Source: Balanoglossus misakiensis (taxonomy: Eukaryota; Animalia; Hemichordata). From it: a DNA stretch of 64,000 nt. The notes beneath the pieces were generated by a model. The model saw nothing but the letters and a program-made list of their open reading frames with translations. It searched no databases and was not told the origin of the DNA. This document shows, in pieces, positions 13,901 through 27,216 of the stretch. The DNA lies in the NCBI GenBank assembly GCA_040954595.2, contig CM082578.2, positions 12,958,520 to 13,022,519 of the forward strand. The letters run 5' to 3'. Numbering within the stretch: position 1 is the stretch's first letter; every line of letters starts with the position of its first letter. The position numbers and the translations under genes were made by a program.

Positions 13901-16900
13901 ATAACTGATGAAAGGGGAAGCAAACAGCCTATGTAAATGCTGTTATTGAGTGGATGAAGTACTTTGATGATAGACAGATATCTCCGATAAACAGCATTAA
14001 CTTGTGATTCACTTAACCATGCGTGTTCCTGATGAGGAGGGCTTACATGCGGGATGGAAAATCTTATGAATATCATACATCGTATTTTATAGGGATGGAG
14101 TTTCCTGGAATAATGAAAGAGCTTGCTTAAAATCACCAATTTAAAAATCCATACATTTGTTAAACAAAATACAGACATGTATTACTAGGGCTCTATACAT
14201 AATACGTCATCTGAAATTGTAGAAAATTAGCAGATTTTGTATTTTTAGAATTTTATTTTGCCATTTCATTCATGGAAAATGATTTACACAAGGGCACATT
14301 GATTGTACATGTTCCTACCTGATAATATAGAGAGGGTACCAAAAGCCATGTTGTCGAGAGAGCGCCCTCAGTGACAATCTTCACACTTTAATGTTGTCAT
14401 AATTCAGCCATATTTATGTGCAAGTGGTACATGAGCCAACCATGTCGATTTTCACACATGAAAACAGCCATGAGATGGCCACGCAGAATAGTCAGTCGAT
14501 TCTACTGTTGGTATTCTCGTGCAAATTCACCGGTTGTCAGTGTGCGAATGCCTAGGTAAGTGAAGTGGTGATAGTCTCGGGAGGAAAGGCTTCAGGTCAT
14601 GCAGTCTGATGCAGATGAAGCAGTTTACTAATCCCGAGGCCACAACACAGAGACTGAGTAGTTGCTTTCAAAATGAAACATCATACACACAACCGTGCTT
14701 TTGATCCAAATCAACACGTTGTGACATACATGTAAGTTGTTTATTATCCGTAAAATCTATGCAACTGAAAATGAAGTGGATGTTTTATTGGAGAGGTGTG
14801 TGCCGGTACCATATTATTCAAGCTAAGTGTTGACTTTTGTAGTGGTGACATTGACTGTGCATTGTGTCATTAATCTGCATACAGCAAAATAAGAGCCACT
14901 GTGAAAAGGTTCAGATTGATGATCATCGCCAACAATAAATGCCATTGTGTAAACGCAGTTTATCCATTGAGGATTACCATCACAGCTCCAAATAAAGCCA
15001 GTTTTCACAATCTGGCCCCAGCATCAGTGGTACTGCAACTTTGTTGATGATAATAGACCGACTAGGCTGACCTCATCCGACCATCTCCTCAGTATATTTG
15101 ACAGTCTTTGTGCCCAGACAGATTTCGAATCTCATTTGTCACGCGTGTGTGTCCACGTAATGGAGGAGACAGAGAAAACACTCATAAAATATATGTCCTG
15201 TCGGGGAACGGACAAAATTAGCTGATTTTAAACTGGTGAGAGTGCATCCCAGTTTACAGGTCATCTTTTTGTGTACTGCAAGCAATAAAATATCAGATTA
15301 GAGTTTATAGTCGGCCAAGAATGGAATAAAAGGGTAGGCGTAATGACCCGGGAGTCATTAATTGTGTCAACTAGTTGAAATGATTGCCCTCTGCTTCCTC
15401 AGAGTGGAAGTATAAGAAGGTTTTGAGGACAATCCCCCGCTTTGATTATATGTAAGTGAGTCTGGATGTGGCGGATGATAGCTTTTCAATTTAGCTGGCT
15501 GAGTGAGGCTTGCCGAAGTTACCCGCATTTGGAAATTTCAATTCAATAGTGCCGACTTCCCTTCCTTCCTGTAGCTGTAATTACCCAAAATCCGTTTGAC
15601 ATCTCCAGTGAGTCACCTGAAATTCACATTTCTGAGCGATGTTTTTTATTTTAGTCTGTGTAGAGTAGTGGTGTTTAGTGTGAGATAATTTGCAGTGTGT
15701 TTTACCCCGAAAGCTTTCCGTACCCATGGGGCATTTGTTCTGTTAGTTGGGTATATGCTAACACTTCAACTCCCGTGGGAGAGCATGTTTTTGATGTCAA
15801 CTGTTTGAAGTGACATACATTCATTATAGCGTGTGGCTCCGACAGGGGGAGCTGATTTTGCTTCAGTTTGATTTATCAAACTGTGGATTGTGATAGATTT
15901 CCTGGTGCACTTTGAGCTGTATCATGAAAGAACGATCAATTCAAATTAAAATACCCACAGGCATAAACCCCTTCTGATTGAAGTCATTACGTACATGTAT
16001 TTATACGTAGGAGGAAACAGGGGGCAAATGGGTATGCTAATGCTTCCTCTTGTGTCTGGACTTCTTTAACATGATTGAAAATACAGAGCACAATGAAAGA
16101 GAAATGAAGACAAGCATTTGAGTCAAGCTAACATGAAGTGTTGAGTCTTGACAACTGGATCTGCAGATGTTTCTCTGTCTGTGGTGTTTGCGTTTCAGCC
16201 TTCATTTCATGAATCCACCTGTATGTGTACATTCTTACTCCACACTGCTGACGTGACAGGCAGGCTAAATCTATTTTTGATACACGCACTGTTTTCAACC
16301 TCAAGTAAAAGGTTAAGCTGATTAATGTGTTTTTGTCCCGGCTCACAATTAATGGGCAAAACATAAGAGTGCTGTACAGTTTTAATGAGCAGGAGTGTAT
16401 TTTTACTGGTACGGTTGTTTCTCTCGAGTGTATTATAAGCAAGTAGTCTGTGGTATCGATTTTGGGTAAAATACACGACATGTTACATTGTACTTCTTGA
16501 CAACAAAAAATGTTTGTTACCTTTCATTAAAATGAAACTCACCCCCGACCTTTGTGTGTCAGTGTGGGAATTGTAAATGAATCTGAAACCAGCAATGTCC
16601 GGCAAGGATTTAACCCTGTAAATATTAAAAAAAACAAAACACAGATGTGTTTTGTAAACTGTGTGGGAGTATTTCTGTCAAATCGCCCACTTGCCCACTG
16701 TTTTGTGGAGCTGTGTGGAGCTGTGTGAAGTGGCAATACTTGACTTGCTACGCTGAACAGTGAAGGGGCAAATCTTGCCGGGTATTATGGGGCTGATCGG
16801 GTTCTGACCTTGCTTTGATACAGGGAAATACAAGTAGCCATTATCTGGATACTCTCTGCTCAAGTGAGTGTGTACAGTGAAGCGAAGTGTAATCATTGAT

Positions 16901-19900
16901 CATTAGCCGTGAAGGCATGGCGTGCTTGCATACACAGCATGTTTTCCAGGAGAATTTGCATTCATGTTTCTTCAATTCAGCAATAAACGCGATGATTTGT
17001 AAAATGGTTGAAGTGTGCATAACGTCACATTTAACAATAGTACTGAAATGTAATTAGCAAAAGAATTTTAAAAGTGTCATGAGTATACCTTGAATTTTAA
17101 ATTAGTGTGGGTGTGATGGGGTACATAGGTCACTGCAAGACTGCTTTCCTTCCGTGTGAAGGGAGACATGTAATGAGATTAACTGTGTTTGTTGCTAGTC
17201 GCTCTTATTACTTGCATGATAATAAACGATTGATTGATTTATCATCAATTGATCGATCATAACTGAGTGCAACATCCACACATTCCTAACCCAGTGTTCT
17301 TTCCTGTCTTTTATCTCCCCAGAATTACGACATGCCAATTCACCAAACCTGCCCACCCCGACAGCATCCCCGATTCCCGTGTATTCAGCCATCTCTCCCA
17401 GCATTTCCAATGGTAGCAGCAACAGCCCCAGTCATACCACGGACGCCATATCCAGCAGAGTACAGACGCAGTCAGACAATGTGAAACTCAAAGATGTGAC
17501 CAAAATGATAGCCACTGCCAAAACAGCCACTGTGCGAGCTGCTACACCCACTGCAAGAACACCGTCACCGGTGAAACTGACCAGTACTCCCCCAAGCACA
17601 CCAAAGGTACGTAACTCAGTGTGATACGTTGAATAAAAGCCTGCACAACAGGCATATGATCGTCACATCAACTGTGTTGTGTACCACCTCTTTAATTTAA
17701 TCAAAAAACAATTGTCTCTGTCTCCGCAGACTATGACGCCACAAATCAAGAAAAATCACACAGTTCCAGTCGTCAAGGTGGAGCGAAGTCCCCAGGCGCA
17801 GGCAGAGTTAATCAACCTGAAGAAAGCCCAGACGTTGGCGGGGACCACCACAAGTAACACGAGTAACAGCAGCGTCAGTAGTAGTAGCAACAGCAAGACT
17901 GGTAATGCCAACACGAATTCCAATAATGCCAAAAGTAGCAGTGGTAATACTGCCACCAGTGGTGGGGGAAGTTCCAAGAAGGCTTCTCCTAGGAAATTAC
18001 TGCCTTGTAAAGGTACGTAGTATTTGTTACAGTCTTCTGAGGAATCGCTGAAAATTGCTGTCAGATAAGTGATAATTTTGTGAGGGAGGCTGCAGTCTGG
18101 TCAGCTAACTTGACAATTTTATCTGCATGAATGTTCTTAGAATACATATGACTGCCTCCATGGCATGTGAATCAATGTATTTACTCAGAGAGTAAAAGTC
18201 ACCTCACACATGGTGTTACTTTGTTTCTGCGTTTTGGTATATTCTGAAGTTTATCAATACTTCCTTGACAACACAGATCGGGAATTTGATGCAAACAAAC
18301 ACTGTGGAGTGTGGATCAACGACATTCAGAAACATTGTACAAGATCACTCACTTGCAAGGTAAGGGTGAATGACATTGTATAGCTTTTGCCAGACCATTA
18401 GTTGGTGTTCTTCATTGTGCTTGTGGGCATGACACGATGCAAGTAGAGTACATTGTGGAAGTTTGACAATATTGATTGTTTTTGCTCCACCCAAGTGGAA
18501 AGTAAATAACCCATACTTCTTTCCTTCCTTCCTTCCTTCCAGACCCATGCACTTTCGTTGAGACGAGCAGTGCAGGGCAGACGGAAGCCGTTTGACGAGC
18601 TGTTGGCCGAACACCGAGCCAGGCGAGAGAAAGAGCTGCAGCTGGCCAACCAAGCCAAACTGCAGCAGCAACAACAGAAACAGCAACAACTGCTGCATCA
18701 GCGGCATCAGCAGCCGTCGCAGACCGGCCATGACAATCAAAGTGGCAAGAGTTCCGATGACGGTGCCACCAAAACTGCATCACCGCCAAAGACTTCAAAT
18801 TTGTCCTCGCATCCTCCAAAGTAAGTGTGAAGCAAATTGACACTTTTACCACAATTAAAAGAGAAACATGAGATGAAAGTGAATTTTTACGTGTGGACCA
18901 GTGTGGCCATACTAACCAACGCCTTGTTCTTTTCAGGAGGCCGCTGTCATCTTCGTCTCAGAGTGGCTCATCGCCACGGCAATCATCCAGTGCAGCAGCG
19001 AGCGCAGGCCAGCAACAACAGTCATCGTCAAGCCAAGCGAGTGAGACTCGGACAGCTAGTGATTGTGAATACGACGCATCGGATGATCTGGATAGTCTCA
19101 ATTGTCCGTTCATCAACCATCACCCGAAACCTGCAGCGGTGAGTGTGCTGTCTTCGTAACCCAATTTTAGGCACCACCAAAAAAAGAAAAATAATAAAAC
19201 TATACATCTGGTATTTGCAGCTTGTAGTTGAGAAGATTTGCTGTCAGTTGGGTGTCTTGTGGTGGCTTATGCACTCTGCTGCATACACATCTGGCACAGG
19301 TCAAACTCTTCTGAAAAGATGCACAAATTCTGATGACATCACCTGTTCGTGCTTTCATTGGCAGATGTGCACGTTTGGAGCAAGACTCATGGGAAGAGGT
19401 TGCTATGTATTCAACAGGAAGTTCGATTGTGTGAGGTCATCAGTGATGTCATTGGTGGAACGCCACCTACATCCTCCGCCGTTCAAGTAAGTCGTCTAAC
19501 ACTTTGTGTGGCAGGTACCATCAATGGCTGTAAGCCCTATCTACACCTATACCTTCACGTCCAAAAGGTGCATGAAAATCTATGGGATGTTAAGTGTACA
19601 CATATTGACTGGTCTATTAGTCTAGTCTAATAGCCTTCCTAGAATGATTAACCTTTTTGCAGTGTTCAGTTTCAGAACAGTTCATCATCTCAAATATCTC
19701 CCTTTATCATTGTTTTAATCTTGATAGAAAACTGTGTGTACCGAACAAATCGTCTGCGACGGGAACTCAAGCTGTACCCGTGGAATATATGAACTCGCAA
19801 AGCATTTCTCCTGCCATAAGTGCCGTGAGTGGGAAAATGTCTGCGGCCAATGGCCCCCTCCTGAACAAATCACAGAACTTGAACAAGAAATCCAAACCCA

Positions 19901-22005
19901 GTAACAAGCAATCATCGAAGTCCAAAGATGCACACCCTACTTCAAAACCCAAAGTGAGGAGAAAGAGTGGAGGGGGAGGGGGAGGAGGTAGCGGTGTCAT
20001 TGGCACCAACAGTGGAATCAATCCGGGCAATGTGATGCCAAGCCTGACAAATCCGGGACCGGTCACCATTCCGCTGTCCAGCGGGAACGCAGCGGGATTC
20101 AACCTCAACGCCACGGCGTACACGGACATGGGACAAGGCATCGTCTCGGGCGGCACGGGCAATCTCATCAAGGACCTGAGCATTGTGGTCACAAACATCG
20201 ACGCCAACGTCAACAGCGGGCTGGCGCCCGCACAGGTCATCAACGGGGTCAGCAACGCAAGCGGCCAGATGTTGACAAGCACAGGGCAGCTGGTGGCGTC
20301 CGGAATGTCGGGACAGATATCCACTGTGGGCACCACCACCCAGCAGCTGTCGTCATCGGCACCTGCAGCGACGCATTTCCAGCACACGGGATTGCAGCTC
20401 CACGCCGGCTTGCCAATCGCCAGCCTCAACGCAGGCAGCATCAACATCGCCACCAATGTGCAAGGTGGCATCATAAACACGATCGGCGAGGCCAAACTCG
20501 CCAACCCGGCCAACGCTAAAATGGGAAGTGCAAGCAAAAACATTGCCAAGGCTCGCAGCAAGGGTGCTGGCAATAAACAGAGCAGCCTGGCGCGAGCGCA
20601 CACTGCCTGGCAGAGCAGCTCGAATATAAACAGGACAGACGCTGGTTTGTCGTATGATACAAGCAGCAATGGACCTTCGTCAGCTCAGCCAAGCCCTAGT
20701 TCTATATCAACAACCCCTAGTCCACACTTTAGGCCGGTAAGTGAAAAAAATTGCACATTTTGATCAAACTCAAATTTCTTCGCATGTTGATTGATTCAAT
20801 TTCAGTTCATGACAGCAAATTATCGATGTTGGTGACATGAATGCAATGCCACCAGTGTCCAATTCTGTATTTGTATGCATCTTTTGTTTTTTTTTCACCC
20901 AATTTCTCAGGGTTCGGTCAGTCCCCAGATGTCAGTGCAGTCTCCCCTGTCCAATGGTTTCATTCCGTCTCCGTCAGCTGTCAGCATCAAAAGCTTTCCA
21001 GTGTCGTCAATCAATCACTTTCCAACTATCAGTCCCAGCAGGACTAGTACTCCCTCACCGATTACAAGTTCGACCGAGGCGTCTCCGAACAGCAGTGGCC
21101 ATTTCACGTCGATGGTTTTCACTCCAACGAGTAAGTGCTGAAATGCAGATTTTGATTTGATCAGCTGCTTAGGGGGATTCCACAGTCTCTTTCAAATGTC
21201 CATTGATTTCCCGAATTCTTTTTCCTCTTCTTTCACTGCCCATCTCACTTTCTCTCTGCCTTTTCCGTTTCCTCTTATCCATCACTTGATTGCTATGCTT
21301 TTACTGATCGCTCACACCTCTATTGTTGGTGCCTTTGCTCTTCTGGGAAACCCGTGCAAGTCCTGATTTCAAGTGGCTGCTGCCCAAAATGCTGAAAGCC
21401 CCGCAAGACGTAGCAGGTCTCGGAATTTCAGCCCACTCACGACAAAGACCACAAAAACCCTGCAACAAAGTGTTACTTATGGAAACCTGTGGAAAGTGAC
21501 ACAAATCCATACTCCATAATGTATTTGTAAATGTTGGTGACATCGGCCATCTTTGTCATTTGTCTGCACAGGTAAAAGCTCATCGTGTACATCGGCCGCG
21601 TCGAGGGCCAACACCAACTTCCAGAAACAGATCCAGAAGCAGCAGCCGTCGTCGGTGGCGGCAGCACAGCAGCTGCAGCCTCAGTTGCATCTACAGCAGC
21701 AGCAACAACATCCGCCGCAGATCACGGCAAGCATCGTCGCTGCAACTCAGCCGCCGGGCAAGACCCTACAACTCGCCAACAGTACCTTGATGCCCGGCAC
21801 CCACATATTCCCCAATATGCAACAGTTCCAACAGAGTGGCCTGCTGCAGGAACAGGGTAAAGCGCCCCCGCTCACCCTCCAACAGATGACCATCAGGTTG
21901 CCCATCCAACAGGGCCAAACCATCACTCTGCCACAGCAGTCGATGCAGCAGAAGACACTGGACCACAAGCAAGCTTTACTCGGCCAAACAGACAAACCAG
22001 TGTAG
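2330..22005 (+). CDS. ATXN7: Ataxin-7 family protein (SAGA deubiquitinase-module subunit, Sgf73-like), 12 coding exons, 1063 aa
   Basis: Exons: 2330-2417, 2530-2613, 3610-3714, 17323-17606, 17730-18012, 18277-18359, 18543-18820, 18937-19138, 19365-19486, 19728-20736, 20911-21130, 21572-22005. All introns are GT-AG, phases are consistent, total 3192 nt. Family motifs: N-terminal MATLDNSPSLFLGQPWTAW; zinc finger [39 protein letters not shown]; SCA7 domain REFDANKHCGVW...[29 protein letters not shown]; block III HHPKPAAMCTFGARLMGRGCYVF. Likely co-orthologue of vertebrate ATXN7/L1/L2. Confidence 0.93.
3849..4091. mobile_element. Degenerate MITE in ATXN7 intron 3
   Basis: Imperfect terminal inverted repeats: left CAGGGTTCATGTGCC..AAAATTCTGGA, right TCCAGAATTTT..GGCATATGAACCTTG. 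No clear target-site duplication. Confidence 0.55.
4872..4912. repeat. Poly-C run followed by (CA)n microsatellite
   Basis: Directly visible in the sequence. Confidence 0.9.
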
Positions 22006-25000
22006 GGCCGGGTCCAGCATGTTTTCTGTCTCTCGACCCAACATTGTCTATTTTACCACCACAACGTAACTGTTTTACTATTTTGCTGCATTTTGTGAAT
22101 ATTAACTGAAAGAAGCTTTGAATTTTTGAATATATTTTAATATAATACCTCAGATGCCTATTTATTGACCTGGTGTTATGTAGCGAATGAGGCATGTAAA
22201 GAATGTTATTGACCTGGGGGGCAGATGTTGTTTTATAAAGACCTCTTGTGCAGCAGATATCATTTGATGCTGTACCTTAGAATATTTAGGTGGGGAAATG
22301 GGGGGGGGGGGGGTGGTACAGCACCTAAAGGGCCAATTGTTTATATTGCTAGAAAGATTTCCATCTCAGGGAAACTTAAAGATAGGGGGATTGAAATGTC
22401 GCCATGTTTTACTAACAACCAGAAACCATGAGGCTATATCGGTTCATCGGCAGTTGATGCGTTCCATCTCTGGTTCTCTCAGCAATTTTAGTGCGACTTG
22501 CTTGATTGGACGGGAGATGGCAAGGTCACTCCCGAAGGTATCACATTAAAGCGCCATTTAATATATACAAAAACAAGTTGTGAACAAAAATAGGAAGGTG
22601 TGCATTTTATGCCATTATCAGCGGGTGAAATGCAATTTTTGGACGACTTCCATATTTCTGGAATGGTGGTGAAGCCACTGCAGTTGTTGCTGAAATAACA
22701 GTTAATGTTGAACTGGTTACTACCACCTGCTGGCTAATATCAGATGCTCACCCAATCAGAAAAAAAGACAGATGTTTGGTTACAATAATCTGAACATGTT
22801 GTACCTGTAATACACACTGTACTTATTTACCTAAAGCTTTATCATTCAAACAAAAAAGGTCAGACAGTTGTTCTGAACATTATTCTTTTTTCCGTTCATT
22901 TTTGTTTTTCTTTTCATATTTTCATATATTGATATTGTAGAGTACTATTCAAATCACAAGAGGATCTTCAAGAAAGTCAGATATAATAATAAACAACTAT
23001 TTGTTTCTGAAAATAAATCTTCAAAAAGTAAAAAAAAAATCAAAGATAAAATAATGAGGATATATACTTTTTACAGGGATATTTACTGAAAGTTTAAATA
23101 TCTTAACTTTGCTATAGATGTTTTCTGTTTATTGTATTGTAGCTTAGCAATTTGTGTCTTGGAGTCTACAATCAGTGACAGCACAGGTCAGAGGTCACAT
23201 AGTTCAGTGCTATTGGTCAATGGGTCATGGGCACATGACAAGCATTGACCAATGAGTGGAGAGGTCAATGACTGCCAGCATGGTGTCAGAGTTGAGGCCC
23301 ATGCAAAGGATTAAAATAACCTGTGCTTGTCTTGTCCATCAGTTTAATTATTATTTTTTACAGGATTGAATTCAATTATTGTCGATTTTCTGCTGTACAA
23401 TTCGACTTGCCACTGTTGTATTATATATAATATACATGACTTTTTGATGTGTGGAGTTGCACCGTTTCTGTATTTATGCACACAGGCCTTTAATTGTAGA
23501 GACTGCACATATTCTGGTGAAATGAGCCAGGCCTTTTTAGACTCTGTGTTTAGAGATAAGCGTTCAGAATCACCACTTTGTTAAATGCAACTCTAAGGAA
23601 AATCCAAAGTTCTATATTTTCCTGATAAGAATGCTTGTTCATGTAAGCGGTTGTGTATTACGTTTTTTCAAGGATATTTGTAGTTTAAAAAAGAATACAT
23701 AACTGCTATTTTTGACACTTCAGGTCAAATAATGTACATAATCGTATGTATTTTTTTTTCCTTTGGGGAAAAACTTTGCTGTCATGTTTTGGGGTAAATA
23801 TTTGAGTGAATTTTTAAGTTTATTTTATTTATTTAGTTTGAAAGTTGTACAATTGAAATTTGCGACCAGTGTTAGACAAACACACTCTGTATTCTAACTG
23901 CATGCAATAAATACTAGCAGCCATGGAAGAAACTGTAATTTGCCTGGAAAAAAGTGCCCCAACAAAAATTCCAAGCTTTCTTCTTTTTTTGTAGTATTCA
24001 CAGTCCAAGATACCTTATTGAAAATAACAAAATGATCAGCCTATATATTATTGTATTTTACCAAAATTTTGTGTTTTTTAAAAAAACGTCAAACTACTGG
24101 ACAGAGGGAAATGCAACAATATGCTATTGGCTGAGCGTATAATTGTAGCTTCGTGTATTGTGATATTTACACTTTGTATCGTCAAAATTTCTGGATATCG
24201 TCATATTTGTTTGCCTCTCTCTCTGTAACCATTCAAAACTGCCAGAGGAAAGTTTGGTTTTCTCTCCACCATGTTCATGCTCCACCACCCATTCACTGTG
24301 TGCGTCTTGGAACAGCCCTGTTGTGTTTCTATTAGCGGGTTCATCCATTTTACAAGTTTGGGAGGGTTTCTGGGAAAGAATGGAGCTGTACCAAGCAGAA
24401 AGCATGGCTGCATGGCCAAATCACAGATCTTGAGTGTGGCAATGTGTGTTCACTTAAGACAAATATTCAGGTGGTTACCAAGTTGTGTACCAGAATCATG
24501 AACCCAGATGAATGTTCTCCAAGTGTAAAGTGTAGCCCATTTTCATCTAGTTTATAGATAATCTTGTCATGTTGTAAGTCCAGTACACAGAAAGATGTTT
24601 GTATATTTCATTGAATTTTTATTTTAAACAAACTCCATGTATAAGAGTAGGTGCGATGGCAGTTTTCTTTTCCCCATGGCACACATATTTTATGTATTTA
24701 TTGAGTCATGTCACAGATTGAGTTGAGTATTGCTCAAGATTTGTTAAGAGAGAAGGGGGATCATCATTGAGCTTAACATTATCAGATGCCATGTGAAATC
24801 CCCCTTTTCCCACTGTGATTAGAAATGGAGTTTTTTTGTGTTCACGGGTTCCGTTAAAAAGAAAAACAACAGCAAAGCTCACCGACACATATATACGTAA
24901 TCAGTGTTATTTGAAATCTCAAAATAGACGTCTGTAAAGTTACCCAGGAGCGGGTGAACAAATATACAGTTTATACTCTACCCTGGTAGTAATGCTGGGG

Positions 25001-25738
25001 TACTCAGAGAAACTACCAAGAACATCTATCGCTCCACACACATGCAATGGCTAGCAAACTTAAAAGACCTGAAATACATGTCATATTTATTGGTGTTTGG
25101 GTAGAAGTTTTTTTGTCACAACAGAGGGCAGACATTATAGGACAAGTAACTTGTCGCTGTTGCCATGAAATACTAGTGAGGCTTTGATGTGTGCGAGTGT
25201 GAGCTTTGCTGAGTTTTTTTTTTTTTAAAAACACACCTGTTGATTTCTAGATGTGAAGAGTTCATTGGGCAACCAGAACAGATAACAGTCCAGGGTTGAT
25301 TGTATGATGATCCCCCTCCCCCCACCCACAGTCACTCCACACAGTGACTGCGCCCTACCATATATCCTGTAAAATGAGCTACTGTGTAGTAGACTTCCAG
25401 ATAAAATGCATGTGTTATTACTGTGGCTAAATTCAGGACGAGTAGGCAGCAATACTTACAGGGACCAGTTTTGCTCCAATTTTTGTCAACAATGAAGGCT
25501 TGCAGCCTGGCCTATATGCATAGCACTCTTAACTTTCAGGTCTGTTTCAAGTACTCTTTCTCGCTCTCTCTCTCTCGTAGTCATCGTCTGCTCACACAGG
25601 TCGTTGGCAAGCAAGACCTTGGCAGGCGAACATGTCTCGTAGTCTGTAGAGTAGATCTATGCATGACAAACAAATCTTTATAGATGCCACAACTTTGAAA
25701 CATTTACATTTTTCTCGAGAATTGCTTTGCTTTGTTGT

Positions 25739-26495
25739 TAAGCTCCTATTTGCCATATGTGGTATGGCAATAGGAGCTTATCCTATGGGCTGAAAACAAT
25801 GGGGCAATTTATGCTGTTTTTGGTCAGAATCCACTTGTCCAATTTCTTCGAAATTTGGTATGCAGGTCCCTTAATGACATTTGTTCAAATTGTGATGGAC
25901 TATGCAACATTGTATTTTTACAACATTTTTCGGTTTAAAAATAGTTCAAAAATCCATCTTTCTAATATTTTGATCTTTGGTGTGAAGGTCCCTGGAGTGA
26001 TGTACATGTAATTGAAATTTGTTGAAATAATGACAAATTAACTATATTTTAGGGAAATTATGCCTTTTTTAGCTCTGCTCTTAAGTTTGTCTGGTCTGGG
26101 TCCCGATAGAAGTGCGACATTTCTTCTGAAGCAGTTTAATATCTTGTTTGTAATGCAAAGTATCACAGCGGAGCTGTATCGGCCCCTAGGTCTCTCAGTT
26201 GTTTCCATTTTGCTGCTAGCTGAGCTGATCAGTTTCAATTTCAATGCATTTTGTCCATTTTACAATTAACACATTTCTCATCATTCTATTTGTGTGTCTG
26301 CCTGTCTGCCTGCCTACATGCCAAAGATATCATTTTCAAGTTTACCGTAGTAGTATAACATTTCACTTCATATACATTTTGCATGTTGCAGAACAACTTC
26401 TCCATACATGGTCCTGTTCATACACTCCACAGTTGTAATATACTTATCTTAATTCCTGTCAAATAGGAGCTCAGTGTCCCTGGAGCTATTTTTTT
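25739..26495 (+). mobile_element. Helentron-associated (HINE/DINE-1-like) non-autonomous element, possibly with a nested second remnant
   Basis: 5' hairpin TAAGCTCCTATTTGCCATA-tgtgg-TATGGCAATAGGAGCTTA (25739-25780). A distal inverted copy AAATAGGAGCT at 26461 is followed by a short stem-loop and a T run. GTCTGCCT-type microsatellite near 26291, and degenerate internal repeats (TTTGGTATGCAGGTCCC / TTTGGTGTGAAGGTCCC). Confidence 0.55.
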
Positions 26496-27210
26496 CAAGG
26501 GTCTGGTTAGTGTCCATCATGTTACTGTTGGACTGGTGTTTTTTAGGCTTTCGTTCTTTTTCCCGTCTTTGTTTTTCATAATAGATAAGGAATCATTTTG
26601 AAAATTAAAAGCTGCAATCACCATGCAAAAAAGATATGCAAACAAGTTTAGATCGTGTCTGTGACTGTTCAGTATTGGATGCATGTAATACTGTGATTAT
26701 GTCATTGTAGAGTTGTATTTCCTGTGGGTTTGTAATCCAACTATTGCTGCTGTTATAACTTAATACTCAGTGAAACCAACAGAAGTGGCCCTGTGTCTGT
26801 CATCAGTACCACACAATCTCTGTTTTATTATAGGTCTGTGTACTTCCTAAAGTTGTGTTCAACATGAATTTTCCTCATGGTGTGAATAATTGTTTTGTTT
26901 TTAGTGGACTACAAGAGGGGGGTATCCATGAATGCATTTTTTCCAGTGAGGTGCTTTTGAAACATGCCAAGTGTGGAGGTACCTATTAAAATGCTGATGT
27001 TGCGTGTTACACCAAGGCTGGTAGCTATTTTTGTTTGTGTCAAAGTTTGAATCTGCCATGAACACATTTGTATTAAAGTGTTGCCATGGGTTTTAGGATT
27101 TTAGGAACTTTGCATTCTTTGTCTTGCCTACCAATACTTTGTCCCACTTGTTCTGTCAGCAGATATTTTAACACGGAATGGCGTTTTTGTAACCAAAAAG
27201 GCCTCTTGTA

Positions 27211-27216
27211 AATAAA
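27211..27216 (+). terminator. Candidate distal poly(A) signal of ATXN7
   Basis: AATAAA followed by a GT/T-rich element (CTCTTGTCTTTCTTTTGTGTC), just upstream of the WASH1 promoter. A proximal AATAAA lies at 23906. Confidence 0.4.

Noticed and set aside
19767-20669. 300-aa minus-strand ORF
   Set aside because: Antisense shadow of ATXN7 exon 10, with no independent motifs.
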